Shown: in pieces, positions 38,061-49,941 of the stretch
Numbering within the stretch: the first letter of the stretch is position 1
How the letters are laid out: every line of letters begins with the position of its first letter
Made by a program: the position numbers and the translations under genes
Assembly (NCBI GenBank): GCA_040511595.1
Contig: JBEVGU010000038.1
Location: forward strand, 23,903 to 87,902
DNA from: Actinomycetota bacterium
GTDB lineage: Bacteria > Actinomycetota > UBA4738 > HRBIN12
DNA length: 64,000 nt
Direction: 5' to 3'
Notes under the pieces: generated by a model
What the model saw: only the letters and a program-made list of their open reading frames with translations
Databases searched by the model: none
What the model was told of the DNA's origin: nothing

Positions 38061-39407
38061 ATGCCCGACGCCTCCACGCCGCCCACCGCTCACGATCGGC
38101 GCAGCGCGGAGATGCAGATCGGTCCGGACACCGCCGAGGTCCACCTGGACGAGCAGCACGAGCGCGTCGATCCTCGCACGGGCGAGATCCGGCAGGAGAC
38201 GATGATCATCAACATGGGGCCGCAGCACCCCTCGACCCACGGGGTGCTGCGCCTGCTGTTGGAGCTCGACGGCGAGACGGTGATCAAGTGCACGCCGATC
38301 ATCGGCTACCTGCACACCGGCATCGAGAAGAACACCGAGTACCGCACGTGGATGCAGGGGGTCACCTACGTCACGCGCGCCGACTACCTCTCTCCGTTCT
38401 TCAACGAGCTGGGGTACTGCCTCGCGGTGGAGCGGCTGCTCGGCATCGAGGCGCCGCCGCGCGCCCAGGTCATCCGGGTGCTGATGATGGAGCTGAACCG
38501 CATCTCCTCGCACCTGGTGTGGCTCGCCACGGGCAGCCTGGAGCTCGGCGCGGTGAGCGTGATGCTGTACGGCTTCCGCGAGCGCGAGGTCCTGCTGGAG
38601 ATCTTCGAAGAGGCCACCGGGCTTCGCATGAACCACGCGTACATCCGCATCGGCGGCGTGATCATGGATCTCACCGACGAGGGAATCGAGAAGATCGAAC
38701 GGTTCCTCGAGGAGATGCCGAGTCGCATCGACGAGTACGAGGCGATCCTGAACGAGAACCCGATCTGGCTCGAGCGCAACGTGGGCGTCGGGAAGCTCTC
38801 CGCCGAGGACGCCCTCGCACTCGGCGTCACCGGGCCGATGCTGCGATCGGCCGGCGTGAGCACCGACGTGCGCAAGGACGCCCCGTACTGCGGGTACGAG
38901 ACCTACGAGTTCGACGTGCCCGTGCGCACCGAGGCCGACGCGTACGCGCGCTACCGCATCCGCCTCGACGAGATGCGCGAATCGATGAAGATCGTGCGCC
39001 AGTGCCTCGAGCGGCTCGAGGAACCCGGCCCCGTGATGGTCGAGGATCCGAAGGTGGCGTGGCCGGCCAGGCTCTCCGTCGGTCCCGACGGCATCGGCAA
39101 CGACCCGGCGTACATCCGCCACATCATGGAAGAGTCGATGGAGGCGCTGATCCATCATTTCAAGATGGTCACCGAGGGGGTCGAGGTACCGCCCGGAGAG
39201 GTGTACCAGCCGGTCGAGTCGCCCCGCGGCGAGCTGGGGTTCTACGTGGTCTCCGACGGTGCACACCGGCCGTACCGCGTCAAGATCCGAGACCCGTCGT
39301 TCGTGAACCTGCAGGCGGTCCCGACGATGGTGGAAGGGTCGCTCGTGGCCGACGCGATCGCCTCGATCGCCTCGCTCGACCCCGTGATGGGCGGGGTGGA
39401 CCGCTGA
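38061..39407 (+). CDS. nuoD: NADH-quinone oxidoreductase subunit D
   Basis: 49-kDa subunit similarity. Confidence 0.9.
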   Translation: MPDASTPPTAHDRRSAEMQIGPDTAEVHLDEQHERVDPRTGEIRQETMIINMGPQHPSTHGVLRLLLELDGETVIKCTPIIGYLHTGIEKNTEYRTWMQGVTYVTRADYLSPFFNELGYCLAVERLLGIEAPPRAQVIRVLMMELNRISSHLVWLATGSLELGAVSVMLYGFREREVLLEIFEEATGLRMNHAYIRIGGVIMDLTDEGIEKIERFLEEMPSRIDEYEAILNENPIWLERNVGVGKLSAEDALALGVTGPMLRSAGVSTDVRKDAPYCGYETYEFDVPVRTEADAYARYRIRLDEMRESMKIVRQCLERLEEPGPVMVEDPKVAWPARLSVGPDGIGNDPAYIRHIMEESMEALIHHFKMVTEGVEVPPGEVYQPVESPRGELGFYVVSDGAHRPYRVKIRDPSFVNLQAVPTMVEGSLVADAIASIASLDPVMGGVDR

Positions 39408-39994
39408 TGGCGATCTTCGAAGGCGACCGGCTCGACGAGGCGAACGCGATCATGGCCCGCTACCCCGAGGGCCGCCAACGTTCGGCGGTCATGCCGCTCC
39501 TGTACCTCGCGCAATCGGTCGAGGGCCGGGTCACGCGCGACGCGCTGCGAGAGGTCGCCGGATTGATCGGCCTGCGCACCGCGGAGGTCGAGGCGGTCGC
39601 GAGCTTCTACACGATGCTCCGGCTTCGGCCGACCGGGACCCATCTGATCGCGGTCTGCACGAACCTGCCCTGCGCCCTGCGGGGAGCCAACGACGTGTAC
39701 GAGTCGGCTCACGCCGCGACAGGCATCCCGCACGGCGGGGACGTCTCCGACGACGACCTGTTCAGCGTGCACGAGGAGGAGTGCCTGGGCGTGTGTGAGC
39801 TCGCCCCTGTCGTGCAGGTGAACGTCGCGAACCACGACCGCGTCACGCCCGAGCGGGTCGCCGAGATCGTGGATGCCCTGCGGGCGGGCGAGGTGCCCGA
39901 TCCCTCGCGGGGCCGGGCGATCGAGAGCTACCGGGCGGCCTCGCGCATCCTCGCGGGCCTCGATCCGCTGCCGGCGGAGGGAGCGACCGCATGA
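39407..39994 (+). CDS. nuoE: NADH-quinone oxidoreductase subunit E
   Basis: Thioredoxin-like [2Fe-2S] cysteines. TGATG overlap with nuoD. Confidence 0.85.
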   Translation: MAIFEGDRLDEANAIMARYPEGRQRSAVMPLLYLAQSVEGRVTRDALREVAGLIGLRTAEVEAVASFYTMLRLRPTGTHLIAVCTNLPCALRGANDVYESAHAATGIPHGGDVSDDDLFSVHEEECLGVCELAPVVQVNVANHDRVTPERVAEIVDALRAGEVPDPSRGRAIESYRAASRILAGLDPLPAEGATA

Positions 39995-41346
39995 GCGGGG
40001 TCCGCCGCGTGCTCACCGCGCACTGGGACGATCCGGCGGTGATCCCGCTCGAGGGCTACGAGGCGGCAGGAGGCTACCGGGCGCTGCGCACCGCGCTCGG
40101 CCGGAGCGCCGACGAGCTGATCCAGCTCGTGAAGGACTCGGGCCTGCGCGGACGCGGGGGAGCCGGCTTCCCGACGGGCATGAAGTGGTCGTTCGTGCCG
40201 CGCAGTACAGGCAAGCCCACGTACGTGACGGTGAACTTCGACGAGTCCGAGCCCGGCACGTGCAACAACCGCGAGCTCGTGGAGCGCGAGCCGCACGCGT
40301 TGATCGAAGGCACGGGCATCGCAGCCAAGGCGATCGATTGCCATCTCGCGTTCATCTACATCCGGGGTGAGTACCTGTGGCAGGGCCAGGTGCTCCAGCG
40401 TGCGCTCGAGGAGGCCTACGCGGCCGGGTACCTCGGCCGTGGCGTCATGGGCAGCGACTACGACCTCGACATCGTGCTCCACCGAGGCGCCGGGGCCTAC
40501 ATCTGCGGCGAGGAGACCGCGTTGCTCTCGAGCCTCGAGGGGTTCCGAGGCCAGCCGCGGCTCCGCCCGCCCTTCCCGGCGGTCGAGGGGCTCTACGAGT
40601 CGCCGACCGTGATCAACAACGTCGAGACGCTGATGAACGTGCCGCACATCGTGAACAACGGGGCCGACTGGTTCAAAGAGGTGGGCACCGAGAAGGCGCC
40701 CGGCACGAAGGTGTTCACCATCAGCGGGAAGGTCGAGCGTCCCGGTAACTACGAGCTGCCCATGGGCACGCCGCTGCGCGTGCTGCTGGAGGAGTACGCG
40801 GGTGGCGTGCTCGGCGGCAAGGCGATCAAGGCGTGGACGCCCGGCGGATCCTCGACGCCGTTCCTCACGGCCGACCACCTCGACGTCGGTCTCGACTTCG
40901 AGTCGGTCATGGAGGCGGGCTCGTTGCTCGGCACGGGGGCGATCATGGTGCTCGACGAGTCCGACTGCATGGTGGAAGCCGCACGCCGGCTCGTCGAGTT
41001 CTACGCGCACGAGTCCTGCGGCAAGTGCACGCCGTGCCGGGAGGGAACCTGGTGGGCCGCGCGGGTGCTCGGTCGTATCGAGGATGGCTACGGACGCCCG
41101 GACGACCTTCCCGTCATGAGCGACATGGGCGAGAACATCTTGTTCCGGGCGTTCTGCGCCCTCGCCGACGGCGCGGTCTCTCCGATCCAATCGACGCTGA
41201 AACACTTCAAGGACGAGTACGAGGCGCACATCCGGGACGGCCGCTGCCCGGTGACCGGCGAAGGCCCGGGCCGCGAGGTGGAGCTCGAACAACCCGACGT
41301 GACGTTCGCTCCCACCGGCCCCTTCGAGATCCAAGGCGCGGGCTGA
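39991..41346 (+). CDS. nuoF: NADH-quinone oxidoreductase subunit F
   Basis: FMN/NADH-binding motif GRGGAGFPTG and the N3-cluster motif ESCGKCTPCREG. Confidence 0.9.
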   Translation: MSGVRRVLTAHWDDPAVIPLEGYEAAGGYRALRTALGRSADELIQLVKDSGLRGRGGAGFPTGMKWSFVPRSTGKPTYVTVNFDESEPGTCNNRELVEREPHALIEGTGIAAKAIDCHLAFIYIRGEYLWQGQVLQRALEEAYAAGYLGRGVMGSDYDLDIVLHRGAGAYICGEETALLSSLEGFRGQPRLRPPFPAVEGLYESPTVINNVETLMNVPHIVNNGADWFKEVGTEKAPGTKVFTISGKVERPGNYELPMGTPLRVLLEEYAGGVLGGKAIKAWTPGGSSTPFLTADHLDVGLDFESVMEAGSLLGTGAIMVLDESDCMVEAARRLVEFYAHESCGKCTPCREGTWWAARVLGRIEDGYGRPDDLPVMSDMGENILFRAFCALADGAVSPIQSTLKHFKDEYEAHIRDGRCPVTGEGPGREVELEQPDVTFAPTGPFEIQGAG

Positions 41347-41390
41347 TGGAGCGGGGGTACGGGGGGCTCGAGAGCGAGCCACGAGGAACG

Positions 41391-43853
41391 ATGAGGGTGG
41401 GTGAGTTGGCGAGCGCTAGCCCTCCGGAGCAGGAAGGCGTCACGCTCTCGATCGACGGGAAGGAGATCACCGTGCCCGAGGACACGTTGATCATCCGCGC
41501 CGCCGAGCAGGTCGGCGTCGAGATCCCCCGGTTCTGCGACCATCCGCTGCTCGAGCCGGTGGGCGCCTGCCGGCAGTGCTACGTCGAGATCGAGGGCCAG
41601 CGGAAGCTGTTCACTTCCTGCACGACGGCGGTGGCCCAAGGCATGGTCGTGCGGACTCAGAACACGAGCGACGTGGCGCACGAGGCGCAAGTCGCGAACC
41701 TCGAGTTCCTGCTGCTGAACCACCCGCTCGACTGCCCGATCTGCGACCGGGGCGGCGAGTGCCCCCTGCAGGACCAGACGCTCGCGTTCGGCCCGGGCGA
41801 GAGCCGCTACCGGGAGGCCAAGCGTGTCTACCCCAAGCCGCTGGCGCTCTCGCCGCTCGTGAACCTCGATCGGGAGCGGTGCGTGTTGTGCGCGCGATGC
41901 ACCCGGTTCTGCGACGAGATCTCGGGCGACCGATTCATCGAGCTGTTCGCGAGGGGCGCCGCCGAACAGGTGGCGATCGCGCCCGGCGAAGACTTCCGTT
42001 CACCGTTCAGCGGCAACACCGTGCAGATCTGTCCGGTCGGCGCCCTCACGTCCACCCCCTATCGGTTCGCGGCGCGCCCGTTCGATCTCTCCACGGTCGA
42101 CACGGTCTGCCCCCACTGCAGCGCCGGCTGCAACATCAAACTCGACATGCGCCGAGGCGAGGTCGTGCGCCATCTCGCGCGAGACAACTACGACGTGAAC
42201 GACGCGTGGCTGTGCGACAAGGGGCGATCCGCCTTCCGGTTCCCGGACTCGCCGGTGCGTGTCGCGATGCCGCTGATCCGCGACCACGGGCTCGAGCCCG
42301 CCTCGTTCGGCGAGGTGCTCACCCGGGTCGCCGGGTGGACGGAGGGCAAGCGCGTCGCGATCCTCACCGGCGGTCGGCTGATGGACGAGGACTACTACGC
42401 GCTCTCGAAGCTGGCGCGCACGGTGTTCCGGACGAACGACCTGGATCACCGGCGCACGGCCGATGCCGGCGCGGCCGGTGCGGAGCGCCGGGCCGCATCG
42501 ACCCCGATGGCCGTCACCTACAAGGACGTGGAACGAGCCGACGCGATCCTGCTGGTCGGCCTCGACGCCGAGCAAGAAGTGCCGATCCTGCACCTGCGGC
42601 TGCGCAAAGCCGCCCGTCGCGGGGCTCGGATCTGGGTGCTGCACCCTCGGCGCACCCGTCTGCACGATGTCGCGACGCACGTGCTCTGCGCCCCCGGCGA
42701 CGAGGCTCGCCTGCTCGCGGGAGGTTCGGACCCGACGCTCGACGAGGCGCTGACCGCGATCCGCGAGGCGGGTGCCGCGGCGGTCGTGCTCGCGGGCGAG
42801 CGGACTGGGGCGGCCGACGCCGCGATGGCGGCGGCCGATGCCGCCGGCGCGCGTTTCCAGTACGTCACACGGCGGGCGAACGACCGCGGGGCGCTGCTCG
42901 CGGGTGTGCACCCTGCGCTGCTGCCCGGTGGGCGGTCCATCGACGAGGTCGACGACGTCGAGCGCGCCTGGGGTCCATTGATGAACCGGGAGCCTGGCCG
43001 CGACACGATCGGCATCCTGCGGGCGTGTGCCGATCGTGAGGTCGACGTTCTGCTCCTGGTCGGCGTCGACCCGCTCCGCGACGTGCCCGACGCTCTCCTC
43101 GTGACCCGGGCGCTCGACAACGTGCCCGTCAAGATCGTGCAGTCGCTCGAGCTCGGCTCGCTCGAGCCCTTCGCCGACGCGTTCCTGCCGGCGAGCGCCT
43201 TCCTCGAGAAGGACGGGCACGTCTCGACGTGGGAGGGCCGCGGTCAGCGTCTGCGCGCGATCCGTGGACGCGACGGCATCAGCCTCGCGGACTGGGAGAT
43301 CCTCGCGAGCATGGCGCTCGCGTGCGGCGGCGACCTCGGGTTCGAGACGCTCGACGAGCTGCACGAGGAGATGGGGCGGCTGGTGGGGCCGCGCGAGGAG
43401 GCCCAGAACTCCGCCGAAGCCACTGTCGACCCCGCCGCGGACGAGCCGGCCCCGGACAAGCCCGTCGCGGGGGAGGGCATGCTGCTGTTCACGTATCCCT
43501 TGCTCGTCGACGACGGACGGCTGTCCGAGCGGGCCGACGAGCTGAAGGCCGCGCTCGGCGAAAAGCCGTTCGTCGAGGTGCACCCGTCCGACGCGTCGAC
43601 CCTCGGGCTCACCGACGGCGGCGGGGCGAGCGTTCGCACCGACGCCGGGGCGGCAGAGCTGCCCGTCCGTGTCACCGAGCACGTCGCCGTCGGCGCGGCG
43701 TTCGTGCCCTTCAACCAGCCCGGCCTGGCGACGAACACCTTGCTGTCGGGACGGATGGTCGCTCGGGCGACGATCGAGCCGGTGGGGCCGGCCGAGCCTG
43801 CGGTGGGTGCCGACGCCGTAGTGGAACCGGCCTCGGTCGGGAGCGAGGGCTGA
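41391..43853 (+). CDS. nuoG: NADH-quinone oxidoreductase subunit G
   Basis: N-terminal [2Fe-2S] and [4Fe-4S] Cys motifs. Start chosen at the ATG after GAGGAA; an alternative ATG lies at 41346. Confidence 0.85.
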   Translation: MRVGELASASPPEQEGVTLSIDGKEITVPEDTLIIRAAEQVGVEIPRFCDHPLLEPVGACRQCYVEIEGQRKLFTSCTTAVAQGMVVRTQNTSDVAHEAQVANLEFLLLNHPLDCPICDRGGECPLQDQTLAFGPGESRYREAKRVYPKPLALSPLVNLDRERCVLCARCTRFCDEISGDRFIELFARGAAEQVAIAPGEDFRSPFSGNTVQICPVGALTSTPYRFAARPFDLSTVDTVCPHCSAGCNIKLDMRRGEVVRHLARDNYDVNDAWLCDKGRSAFRFPDSPVRVAMPLIRDHGLEPASFGEVLTRVAGWTEGKRVAILTGGRLMDEDYYALSKLARTVFRTNDLDHRRTADAGAAGAERRAASTPMAVTYKDVERADAILLVGLDAEQEVPILHLRLRKAARRGARIWVLHPRRTRLHDVATHVLCAPGDEARLLAGGSDPTLDEALTAIREAGAAAVVLAGERTGAADAAMAAADAAGARFQYVTRRANDRGALLAGVHPALLPGGRSIDEVDDVERAWGPLMNREPGRDTIGILRACADREVDVLLLVGVDPLRDVPDALLVTRALDNVPVKIVQSLELGSLEPFADAFLPASAFLEKDGHVSTWEGRGQRLRAIRGRDGISLADWEILASMALACGGDLGFETLDELHEEMGRLVGPREEAQNSAEATVDPAADEPAPDKPVAGEGMLLFTYPLLVDDGRLSERADELKAALGEKPFVEVHPSDASTLGLTDGGGASVRTDAGAAELPVRVTEHVAVGAAFVPFNQPGLATNTLLSGRMVARATIEPVGPAEPAVGADAVVEPASVGSEG

Positions 43854-44986
43854 TGGACTGGGTCGACTGGGCGATCCTGGTGGTGCGGGTCGTGATCGTC
43901 TTCTTCGCCCTGCTGATCTCGGTGATGCTCTACATCTGGATGGAACGCAAGGTGATCGCCGACATGCAGACGCGGGTCGGACCGATGCGGGCCGGCCCTC
44001 GCGGCGTGCTGATCACGCTGGCCGACGGCATCAAGCTCTTCTTCAAGGAAGGCATCATCCCGACCGCCGCCGATCGCCCCGTGTACGCGATCGCGCCGAT
44101 CCTCGCGATGTTCCCGGGGTTCCTGGCGTTCTGCGTGATCCCGTTCGGCACCGAGATCACGCTGTTCGGGCGCGAGATCCCGTTCCAGCTCGCCGACCCG
44201 AACATCGGCATCCTCTGGATCCTGGCGATGACGTCGATCTCGGTCTACGGCGTGGTGTTGGCGGGCTGGTCGAGCGGGTCGAACTATCCGCTGCTCGGGG
44301 CCGTGCGCTCCAGCGCGCAGATGGTCTCCTACGAAGTCGGCATGGGGCTCGCGCTCGTCGCGGTCCTGATGTACAGCGGCTCGCTCCGCTTGAGCGAGGT
44401 GGTCGCGTCGCAGGGCACGGTCTGGAACGTGATCCCGCAGTTCCCGGCGTTCATGGTGTTCCTGATCGGCGCGATCGCCGAGACGAACCGGCCGCCGTTC
44501 GACCTGGCCGAGGCCGAGACGGAGCTGGTGGCCGGCTTCCACACGGAGTACTCCGGCATCAAGTTCGCGATGTTCTTCCTGGGCGAGTACGTGAGCACCG
44601 TGACCGTCGCGGCGGTCATCGTCACGCTGTTCCTCGGCGGGTGGCGCGGATGGTGGCCCTTCGACGGCGCCGTGGCGTGGGTCGGCCCGTTCCTCTGGTT
44701 CGTGGTGAAGGTCACCGCCGTGATCTACGTCATGATCCTGGTGCGCGCGTCGCTGCCCCGCATGCGCTACGACCGGTTGATGAACTTCGGATGGAAGGTG
44801 CTCATCCCGTTCGGCCTGCTGTGGGTGATGATCACCGGCGTCGTCGTGGTGCTGCCCCAGGAGTACGGCAACCGTGGGCGCTACATCGCCGCGGCCGTGA
44901 TCGTCGGGGTCGCGGCGCTCGCGACCCTCGTGGCGCCGGCGTTCTCGCGCGTCCGTGCGTCCGATCGGGAGGAGGTGAGCGCATGA
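43853..44986 (+). CDS. nuoH: NADH-quinone oxidoreductase subunit H
   Basis: NuoH/ND1 similarity. Confidence 0.9.
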   Translation: MDWVDWAILVVRVVIVFFALLISVMLYIWMERKVIADMQTRVGPMRAGPRGVLITLADGIKLFFKEGIIPTAADRPVYAIAPILAMFPGFLAFCVIPFGTEITLFGREIPFQLADPNIGILWILAMTSISVYGVVLAGWSSGSNYPLLGAVRSSAQMVSYEVGMGLALVAVLMYSGSLRLSEVVASQGTVWNVIPQFPAFMVFLIGAIAETNRPPFDLAEAETELVAGFHTEYSGIKFAMFFLGEYVSTVTVAAVIVTLFLGGWRGWWPFDGAVAWVGPFLWFVVKVTAVIYVMILVRASLPRMRYDRLMNFGWKVLIPFGLLWVMITGVVVVLPQEYGNRGRYIAAAVIVGVAALATLVAPAFSRVRASDREEVSA

Positions 44987-45522
44987 CCGAGAGGGACGAG
45001 CCGCACGGTGCCCGGGAGCAGCCGGCCGACGAGCCCCAGCAGGGCGACCAGGGAGCCTGGGACGCGGCCGTGGCGATCGGCAAGGGTATGGCCACGGTCT
45101 TCAAGCAGACCTTCCGCCCCGACAACACCGAGCGCTACCCCCAGGAGATCGCGCCGAACCCCCCGCGAGCGCACACCGGTCGTCACCGACTCAACAAGCA
45201 CGATGACGGCCTCGAGAAGTGCATCGGGTGCGAGCTGTGCGCCTTCGCCTGTCCCGCCGACGCGATCTGGGTCGAGGGGGCGGACAACGATCCCGAGCAC
45301 CCCACGAGTCCGGGAGAGCGCTACGCGAAGGACTACCAGATCAACTACCTCCGCTGCATCATGTGCGGGCTCTGCGTCGAAGCCTGCCCCACGCGAGCGC
45401 TGACCCTCACCGACTACTACGAGCTGGCGTTCACGAGTCGCGAAGAGGCGATCTGGACGAAGGAACAGCTGCTCGAGCCCCCTCCCCCCCTGGGCACAGA
45501 TCCCGCGGACCGGGAGGGCTAG
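44983..45522 (+). CDS. nuoI: NADH-quinone oxidoreductase subunit I
   Basis: Two CxxCxxCxxxCP motifs. Confidence 0.9.
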   Translation: MTERDEPHGAREQPADEPQQGDQGAWDAAVAIGKGMATVFKQTFRPDNTERYPQEIAPNPPRAHTGRHRLNKHDDGLEKCIGCELCAFACPADAIWVEGADNDPEHPTSPGERYAKDYQINYLRCIMCGLCVEACPTRALTLTDYYELAFTSREEAIWTKEQLLEPPPPLGTDPADREG

Positions 45523-45527
45523 GCAGG

Positions 45528-46177
<650 letters not shown>

Positions 46178-46181
<4 letters not shown>

Positions 46182-46483
46182 GGACCCCCATCGCCTACTT
46201 CCTGCTGCTGTCCGCGATCCTGTTCGCCCTCGGCTCTATGACGGTGTTGCTGCGCCGCAACGCATTGCGCATCTTCATGGGGGTCGAGCTCCAGCTGAAC
46301 GCCGTGAACCTCTCGCTCGTGGCGTTCTCCCGCATGCACCTTGAGCTCGACGGGCAGATCCTGGCGTTCTTCTCGATGGTCGTGGCCGCCGCCGAGGTGG
46401 TGGTGGGGCTCGCAATCATCGTCGCGGTGGTCCGACGAACGTCCACCACCGTCGTGGACCGAGCGGATGTGTTGCGCGGATGA
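46178..46483 (+). CDS. nuoK: NADH-quinone oxidoreductase subunit K
   Basis: NuoK/ND4L similarity. Confidence 0.9.
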
Positions 46484-48396
46484 TCGAGCTGATCGGCCTC
46501 GCGATCGCGCTCCCGCTCGGCGCGGCCGGCGTGAACCTGCTGTTCGGCAATCCTCTGTGGGCGTGGACGGCCCGAGGAACGGGCCGAGGAACGGGCCAAG
46601 GAGCGGGCTGGTTCGCGACCGCCGCGATGGCCGCGGCGTTCGCGGTGGCGCTCGGGGCGTTGTTGGAGCTGCTCTCGCTCCCCCCCGATGAACGCACCCA
46701 GGTGGTCACCGTAGTGGAGTGGATCCGCGCGGGCGCGGTGAGCGTCTCGCTCAACCTGCGCGTCGACCCCCTCTCGATCACGATGGCCCTGGTGGTCACG
46801 GGCGTCGGGACGCTGATCCACCTCCACGCGATCGGGTACATGGGGAACGACCCGCGGCCGGCCCGGTTCTTCGGATACATGAACCTGTTCTGCGCCTTCA
46901 TGCTGGCGCTCGTCCTCGCGAACGATTTCCTGTTGCTCTACCTCGGCTGGGAAGGCGTCGGCCTCTGCTCGTACCTGCTCATCGGGTTCTGGAGCGAGCG
47001 TCCCGAGGCGGCGAACGCGGCGAAGAAGGCGTTCATCACGACCCGCATCGGGGACGTGTTGCTGTTGCTGGGGCTGTTCGCGATGTGGGTGCACTTCGGA
47101 TCGTTCGACTTCGACACGGTGCTCGGCGCCGAGGGATCGCTGCCCGAGATCGCCACGGGCACCGCCAGCGCGATCTCGCTCTTGCTGTTGGGCGGTGCGG
47201 TCGGCAAGTCGGCACAGCTGCCGCTCCACGTCTGGCTGCCCGACGCCATGGCCGGACCCACTCCCGTGTCGGCCCTGATCCACGCCGCCACGATGGTCAC
47301 GGCGGGCGTCTACCTCGTCGTGCGGTCGCACGCGCTCTTCGAGGTCTCGGGCACCGCGCTCGACGTCGTGGCTGTGGTGGGGCTCGCGGGGGCGATCTAC
47401 GGAGGCCTAGGGTCGCTCGGCCAGTACGACATGAAGCGAGCGCTCGCGTACTCGACGATGTCGCAGCTGGGGTTCATGTTTCTCGCGGCCGGGCTCGGCC
47501 TGTATCCGATCGCGATCTCCCTGCTGGTCGCTCACGCCTTCTACAAGGCCTTGTTGTTCCTCTCGTCGGGCAATGTGATGCACGGCCTGCACGACGAGAT
47601 CGACGTGCGGCGGCTCGGGGGCCTGCAGCGCGACATGCCCTGGACGACCGCGCTGTTCGCCGCCGGCGCGCTCGCGCTCTCCGGACTGCCCCCGTTCAGC
47701 GGGTTCTTCACCAAGGACTCGATCTTCGAGCTCGCGAGCCACGACGGCGAGGTGTGGGCGTACGTGCTCGGGTCGCTCGCCGCGATGCTCTCGGCCTGGT
47801 ACATCGCTCGGTTGGTGTTCCAGGCGTTCATCGGCCGCCGGCGATACAAGGGCCACGCGCACGAGGCGTCGCCGGTGATGCTGGCGCCGCTGGTCGTGCT
47901 GGCGGTGGGCGCGCTGTTCGCGGGGCTCGCGCTCGCCTCGACCCCCGAGGGGCGACTCGCGGTGTTCCTCGAGCCGACCCTCGGCCCCGTGTCGGAGGGC
48001 CACGCCGGTCCCTCCACCGGGGTCCTGATCGCGATCTCCGTCATCGTGACCGTCATCGGCATCGGGATCGCCTGGCGCCTCTACCGTCCCTCGCAGGACG
48101 AGCGGTGGATCTCGTTCCCCGAACGCGAGCCCGGCATGGCGGGCGCGCTCGGCCACGCCTTCTACATCGATGACCTCTATGCGTGGGTGGTGAGCAACGT
48201 CGCCCTTCGAGGAGCCGCCGCCCTGGAGTGGTTCGACCGCACCGTGATCGACGGCGCGGTCAACGGGGTCGGACGGCTCGTGAGGCGGGCCGCCGGCCTC
48301 GCGCCCGTCTGGCAGTCGGGCAAGGTCCGCCGATACGCGTTGTCGTTGCTCGCCGGGGCCGCCGTGCTGCTCCTGTTCGCGGTGGTGAGGATCTAG
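46480..48396 (+). CDS. nuoL: NADH-quinone oxidoreductase subunit L
   Basis: NuoL/ND5 similarity. Contains an in-frame 12-nt tandem repeat insertion near the N-terminus. Confidence 0.9.
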   Translation: MIELIGLAIALPLGAAGVNLLFGNPLWAWTARGTGRGTGQGAGWFATAAMAAAFAVALGALLELLSLPPDERTQVVTVVEWIRAGAVSVSLNLRVDPLSITMALVVTGVGTLIHLHAIGYMGNDPRPARFFGYMNLFCAFMLALVLANDFLLLYLGWEGVGLCSYLLIGFWSERPEAANAAKKAFITTRIGDVLLLLGLFAMWVHFGSFDFDTVLGAEGSLPEIATGTASAISLLLLGGAVGKSAQLPLHVWLPDAMAGPTPVSALIHAATMVTAGVYLVVRSHALFEVSGTALDVVAVVGLAGAIYGGLGSLGQYDMKRALAYSTMSQLGFMFLAAGLGLYPIAISLLVAHAFYKALLFLSSGNVMHGLHDEIDVRRLGGLQRDMPWTTALFAAGALALSGLPPFSGFFTKDSIFELASHDGEVWAYVLGSLAAMLSAWYIARLVFQAFIGRRRYKGHAHEASPVMLAPLVVLAVGALFAGLALASTPEGRLAVFLEPTLGPVSEGHAGPSTGVLIAISVIVTVIGIGIAWRLYRPSQDERWISFPEREPGMAGALGHAFYIDDLYAWVVSNVALRGAAALEWFDRTVIDGAVNGVGRLVRRAAGLAPVWQSGKVRRYALSLLAGAAVLLLFAVVRI

Positions 48397-49941
48397 ATGG
48401 ACGTCCCGTGGCTGACCCTCGTGATCGTGGCGCCGCTCGTGGGCGTGCCGGTGCTCTTCGCGTGGCGCGCAATCCCCGACGGAGCCGCGCGCTGGGTGGC
48501 CCTGGGCGCCTCCCTCCTCGCGTTCGCGGTCTCGGTGGGCATGCTGATGAACTTCGACACGGGCGAGCCCGGGTTCCAGATGATCTCGAAGCACCCATGG
48601 GTCGAGTCGCTCGGGCTGTCGTGGTTCGTCGGCGTCGACGGCTTCTCGCTCTGGCTCGTGATCGTGACCACGTTCCTGTTCCCGATCGCGATCGCCGCGT
48701 CGTGGAGGGTCGACCATCAGGTGCGGCGCTACATGGCGATGGCGCTGTTCCTCGAGACCGTGATCGTCGGCGCGTTCCTCTCGCTGGACCTGCTCGTGTT
48801 CTTCCTGTTCTTCGAGGCGCTGCTGTTCCCGATGTACTACATCATCGGCGTGTGGGGATCGAAGCGGCGCGTGTACGCCGCGACGAAGTTCCTGCTGTAC
48901 ACGATGTTCGGCTCGGCGTTCCTGCTCGTCGGCATCCTGGTCCTCTACGTCGAGTCGGGGAACCAGCTCGGTCGGTCGACCTTCGACCTCACGGCGCTGG
49001 AGCACGTGCAGCTGTCGACGGGCGTCGGGAGGTGGTTGTTCCTCGCGTTCTTCATCGGCTTCGCGGTGAAGGTGCCGGTCTGGCCCCTGCACACGTGGCT
49101 GCCCGACGCTCACACCGAGGCACCGACGAAGGGCTCGGTGGTGCTGGCCGCGATCCTGTTGAAGACCGGTCCCTACGGCATGTTGCGGTTCAACCTCGAT
49201 CTGTTCCCCGAGGCGTCGCGCTACTTCGCGTTCTCCATCGAGATCCTGGCGGTGGTCGGCATCATCTACGGCGCGATCGTGGCGATGATGCAGACCGATA
49301 TCAAGCGCCTGATCGCCTACTCGTCGGTGAGCCACATGGGGCTGATCGTGCTGGGCATCTTCGCCTTTACCGCCGAGTCGATGGACGGCGCGGTGCTGCA
49401 GATGGTGAACCACGGGCTGTCGACGGGCATGCTCTTCCTGGTGTTCGGCATGCTCTACGAGCGCACGCACACCCGTGAGATCGTCGATCTGGGCGGCATC
49501 GTGCAGGTCACGCCGTGGCTCGCGGGCGCGTACATGGTCGCGCTGCTCTCGTCGATCGGTCTGCCCGGGCTCAACAACTTCGTCGGCGAGTTCCTCGTGC
49601 TGCTCGGCACGTTCTCGGTCGACCGAGCGCTCGCGGCGATCGCGATCGTGGGGGTGATCCTCTCCGCGATCTACATGCTCTGGTCCTACCAGCGAACGTT
49701 CCAAGGGTCGTTGAAGGAGCGATGGGGGTCGCTGCCCGACCTCTCGTGGCGCGAGGGCGCGATCGTCGTGCCGATCGTCGCGGCGATGCTGTGGATCGGC
49801 CTGCATCCCTCCCCGGTGCTCGAGCGCTTGCGACCGACCTCCGAGCAGGTCTCGGAGCGGATGCGCACCGTGGAGGTCGGCCAGCCGGTCCAGCCATCGG
49901 TCGAGGCGGCCGACGCGAGCGGCGGGGGAGCGGCACCGTGA
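48397..49941 (+). CDS. nuoM: NADH-quinone oxidoreductase subunit M
   Basis: NuoM/ND4 similarity. Confidence 0.9.
   Translation: MDVPWLTLVIVAPLVGVPVLFAWRAIPDGAARWVALGASLLAFAVSVGMLMNFDTGEPGFQMISKHPWVESLGLSWFVGVDGFSLWLVIVTTFLFPIAIAASWRVDHQVRRYMAMALFLETVIVGAFLSLDLLVFFLFFEALLFPMYYIIGVWGSKRRVYAATKFLLYTMFGSAFLLVGILVLYVESGNQLGRSTFDLTALEHVQLSTGVGRWLFLAFFIGFAVKVPVWPLHTWLPDAHTEAPTKGSVVLAAILLKTGPYGMLRFNLDLFPEASRYFAFSIEILAVVGIIYGAIVAMMQTDIKRLIAYSSVSHMGLIVLGIFAFTAESMDGAVLQMVNHGLSTGMLFLVFGMLYERTHTREIVDLGGIVQVTPWLAGAYMVALLSSIGLPGLNNFVGEFLVLLGTFSVDRALAAIAIVGVILSAIYMLWSYQRTFQGSLKERWGSLPDLSWREGAIVVPIVAAMLWIGLHPSPVLERLRPTSEQVSERMRTVEVGQPVQPSVEAADASGGGAAP

Noticed and set aside
47407-49806. 799-aa minus-strand ORF across nuoL/nuoM
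   Set aside because: It is an antisense shadow ORF of highly conserved NuoL/NuoM coding sequence. No homology signal, and extreme Arg/His/Glu/Asp bias.
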